Of a stretch of 64,000 nucleotides of DNA, positions 62,142 to 64,000 are shown piece by piece (within the stretch, counting starts at the first letter, position 1; the number at the start of each line of letters is the position of its first letter). Below the pieces are notes generated by a model that worked only from the letters and a program-made list of their open reading frames with translations, was not told where the DNA came from and did not search any database. The stretch is from Sedimentisphaerales bacterium. Its GTDB lineage: Bacteria; Planctomycetota; Phycisphaerae; Sedimentisphaerales; SM23-30. Location: the NCBI GenBank assembly GCA_963666285.1, contig OY762711.1, one strand, 5' to 3'. Position numbers and translations under genes: made by a program.

Positions 62142-62624
62142 CTAAGATTCCATATCTGGATTGACATTATTGCTGACGATGGAGTGACATTTTTTGAGAG
62201 CGTCGATATTTTTGGGCCAATAGAGTATGGAAACAGCCTGATCGAGAGAGTACCAGCCCCAATCGGTGTGTTCATCGGAAAGAACAGGTTTGTCGGCAGG
62301 TGAAAGATGAGCGATAAAAACATCTTCGGTAATGAACTCCTGATCTGGATGAAAATTATACTTTGCCGCCCATTCAGGTCTAACGGTTATAGTATAATGT
62401 ATTGAAGTTTCGATAATATTATTCAGGGAGATACCGGTTTCTTCGAGCATTTCACGCCTGGCGGCGTCAATGAGCGGTTCATCCTTTAGTGCGGCACCTG
62501 TGATGCCCTGCCAGAATCCACCGCGAGCCGGAGTGCGTTTGAGCAACAGCCAGTTAATATTGCCGGCAGAATCAATGTGGCAGCAATAAAGCAAAATCTG
62601 GTATGGTTGACGGTAAGAAGACAT
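62142..62624 (-). CDS. Nudix hydrolase, NudB (dihydroneopterin triphosphate pyrophosphatase)-like
   Basis: LLLKR...FWQGITG, Nudix box AARREMLEETG, LSDEH..W.W. Confidence 0.8.
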   Translation of the reverse strand: MSSYRQPYQILLYCCHIDSAGNINWLLLKRTPARGGFWQGITGAALKDEPLIDAARREMLEETGISLNNIIETSIHYTITVRPEWAAKYNFHPDQEFITEDVFIAHLSPADKPVLSDEHTDWGWYSLDQAVSILYWPKNIDALKKCHSIVSNNVNPDMES

Positions 62625-62711
62625 ATATCAGATAAGTAAAGAATTGCAGCATCGCCTAATAAAGACAGCTAATTACAAAAAGCTACATATAAGCATATAC
62701 CATAAAAACGT

Positions 62712-62746
62712 AAAGGGTAGTAATAAAACACTATTACCACCCTTTT
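62712..62746. terminator. Hairpin/terminator downstream of queF
   Basis: AAAGGGTAGTAATA-aaacac-TATTACCACCCTTT. Confidence 0.65.
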
Positions 62747-62775
62747 GATAACATAATTATGCTGAATAAGCCTGC

Positions 62776-63144
62776 TTACATTTCAGATTCTGAAACATAT
62801 TCAGCGGTGACCCTGGTAGTTATGCCGCCACGAGCATTAAAATCGCCACAAACAAGCATCCATTTAGGCTGGATGGCTTCTACAAGGTCGTTCAAGATGT
62901 CATTAGTTAGTTTTTCGTAGAAAATACCCTTGTTTCTATATGACTGGATATAGAATTTGAGTGATTTGAGTTCGACACAGCATTTGTCCGGGCAGTATGT
63001 GATAGTAACTGTGCCATAGTCAGGCTGGCCGGTAACCGGACATACGCTGGTAAACTCCGGGCAATTGATTTCAATCTCATATTCCCTGCTCGGATGAGGG
63101 TTATCAAAGGTTTCGAGCAGATTTTTTGGGTCCTGATCATTCAT
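62776..63144 (-). CDS. queF: NADPH-dependent preQ0 reductase (short type)
   Basis: [30 protein letters not shown]. Confidence 0.96.
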   Translation of the reverse strand: MNDQDPKNLLETFDNPHPSREYEIEINCPEFTSVCPVTGQPDYGTVTITYCPDKCCVELKSLKFYIQSYRNKGIFYEKLTNDILNDLVEAIQPKWMLVCGDFNARGGITTRVTAEYVSESEM

Positions 63145-63271
63145 TTTTTGTTTTACCTCCGTTAAGGTAAGCCTATAATATCTGTTTGTATCGTAAAATA
63201 AATATTCAGTACGGCAGAGTAAGCTAACTTTGTCAATACTGAATCGAATATAATAACAAAAAGGCAGATAA

Positions 63272-63982
63272 ATGGCAAGTGAGAGTAATAATAACGGAAA
63301 AAAAGCAGTTGTACTACTAAGCGGCGGACTGGACAGCTATACCTCAGCAGCGTATGCAAAGCAGGAAGGGTATGAATGTTATGCATTGACCGTTGACTAT
63401 GGTCAACGTCATTCAGTGGAGCTTGAAAGTGCCAATAAAGTAGCGCAAGCACTTGGAGTAAAAGAACATAAGATAATCAAGCTAGATCTGCGAGCCTTTG
63501 GCGGGTCAGCGTTGACAGATGAGATAGCGGTACCCAAATCGGGCGAAAGCCAAACTGGGCAGTCCACAATACCATGTACGTATGTGCCGGCAAGAAATAC
63601 TATAATGCTATCGCTGGCACTGGGCTGGGCCGAAGTACTGGGCTCATTTGATATATTTATCGGTGCCAACGCAGTGGATTACAGCGGGTACCCGGATTGC
63701 CGGGCAGAATTTATGGCGGCATATGAAAGACTGGCAAACCTGGCAACAAAGGCCGGGGTGGAATGTAAGGGTAAATTTAGAATACACGCTCCCCTGCTAT
63801 CATTGAGTAAAAATGAGATAATCCAGGAAGGGCTACAGATGGGGCTGGACTATGGCCTTACCCACAGTTGCTATGACCCGGATGAGAATGGTATTGCATG
63901 CGGTAAATGTGATTCCTGTATGATCAGACTGCGAGGGTTTGAGCATGCACATGCAACAGATCCGGTGAAATATAAGAAATAA
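63272..63982 (+). CDS. queC: 7-cyano-7-deazaguanine synthase
   Basis: [29 protein letters not shown]...CGKCDSC. Confidence 0.97.
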   Translation: MASESNNNGKKAVVLLSGGLDSYTSAAYAKQEGYECYALTVDYGQRHSVELESANKVAQALGVKEHKIIKLDLRAFGGSALTDEIAVPKSGESQTGQSTIPCTYVPARNTIMLSLALGWAEVLGSFDIFIGANAVDYSGYPDCRAEFMAAYERLANLATKAGVECKGKFRIHAPLLSLSKNEIIQEGLQMGLDYGLTHSCYDPDENGIACGKCDSCMIRLRGFEHAHATDPVKYKK

Positions 63983-64000
63983 ACAATAAAATTACCTGTT

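Noticed and set aside
63145..63271. preQ1 riboswitch between queF and queC
   Set aside because: No recognisable preQ1 stem-loop with A-rich tail on either strand

Overview
64-kb chromosomal window from an AT-rich anaerobic bacterium. The gene content (DUF1559-type pilin-like protein, PEP-CTERM protein, ECF sigma/FecR pair, LamG proteins with dockerin-like tails) suggests Planctomycetota, probably Phycisphaerae/Sedimentisphaerales; this is an inference. In order: the end of a trimeric NADH-linked [FeFe]-hydrogenase operon (1-3293); a decayed RHS-toxin/LRR cassette (3661-5493); a REP-like/heptamer repeat field interrupted by a complete IS3 element (5715-8350); sulfatase, galM, tex, S41 protease, NatB-CPBP fusion, thioesterase; an ileS with a non-canonical GVHH motif; a 13-kb ECF-sigma-controlled glycan-utilisation locus (23417-36310); two apparently identical IS701-like elements flanking a tandem XRE-cupin regulator, a U32/RlhA gene and a heme-DOMON lipoprotein/hybrid kinase/receiver operon; neuB-like, hemA, orphan rnfC, clpX; a higher-GC block (TPR protein, GH36, pectate lyase); a NudB-like Nudix gene, queF and queC. 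No rRNA, tRNA or CRISPR array was seen. Best leads: (i) a ~200-240 bp non-coding element present twice, with an inverted interior and shared ends (possible invertible switch, MITE or ncRNA); (ii) the glycan locus, where one domain is displayed through two different C-terminal anchors and a conserved ECF promoter is visible twice; (iii) a heme-DOMON sensor/phosphorelay operon behind a sigma28-like promoter. All alignments and GC impressions were made by eye.
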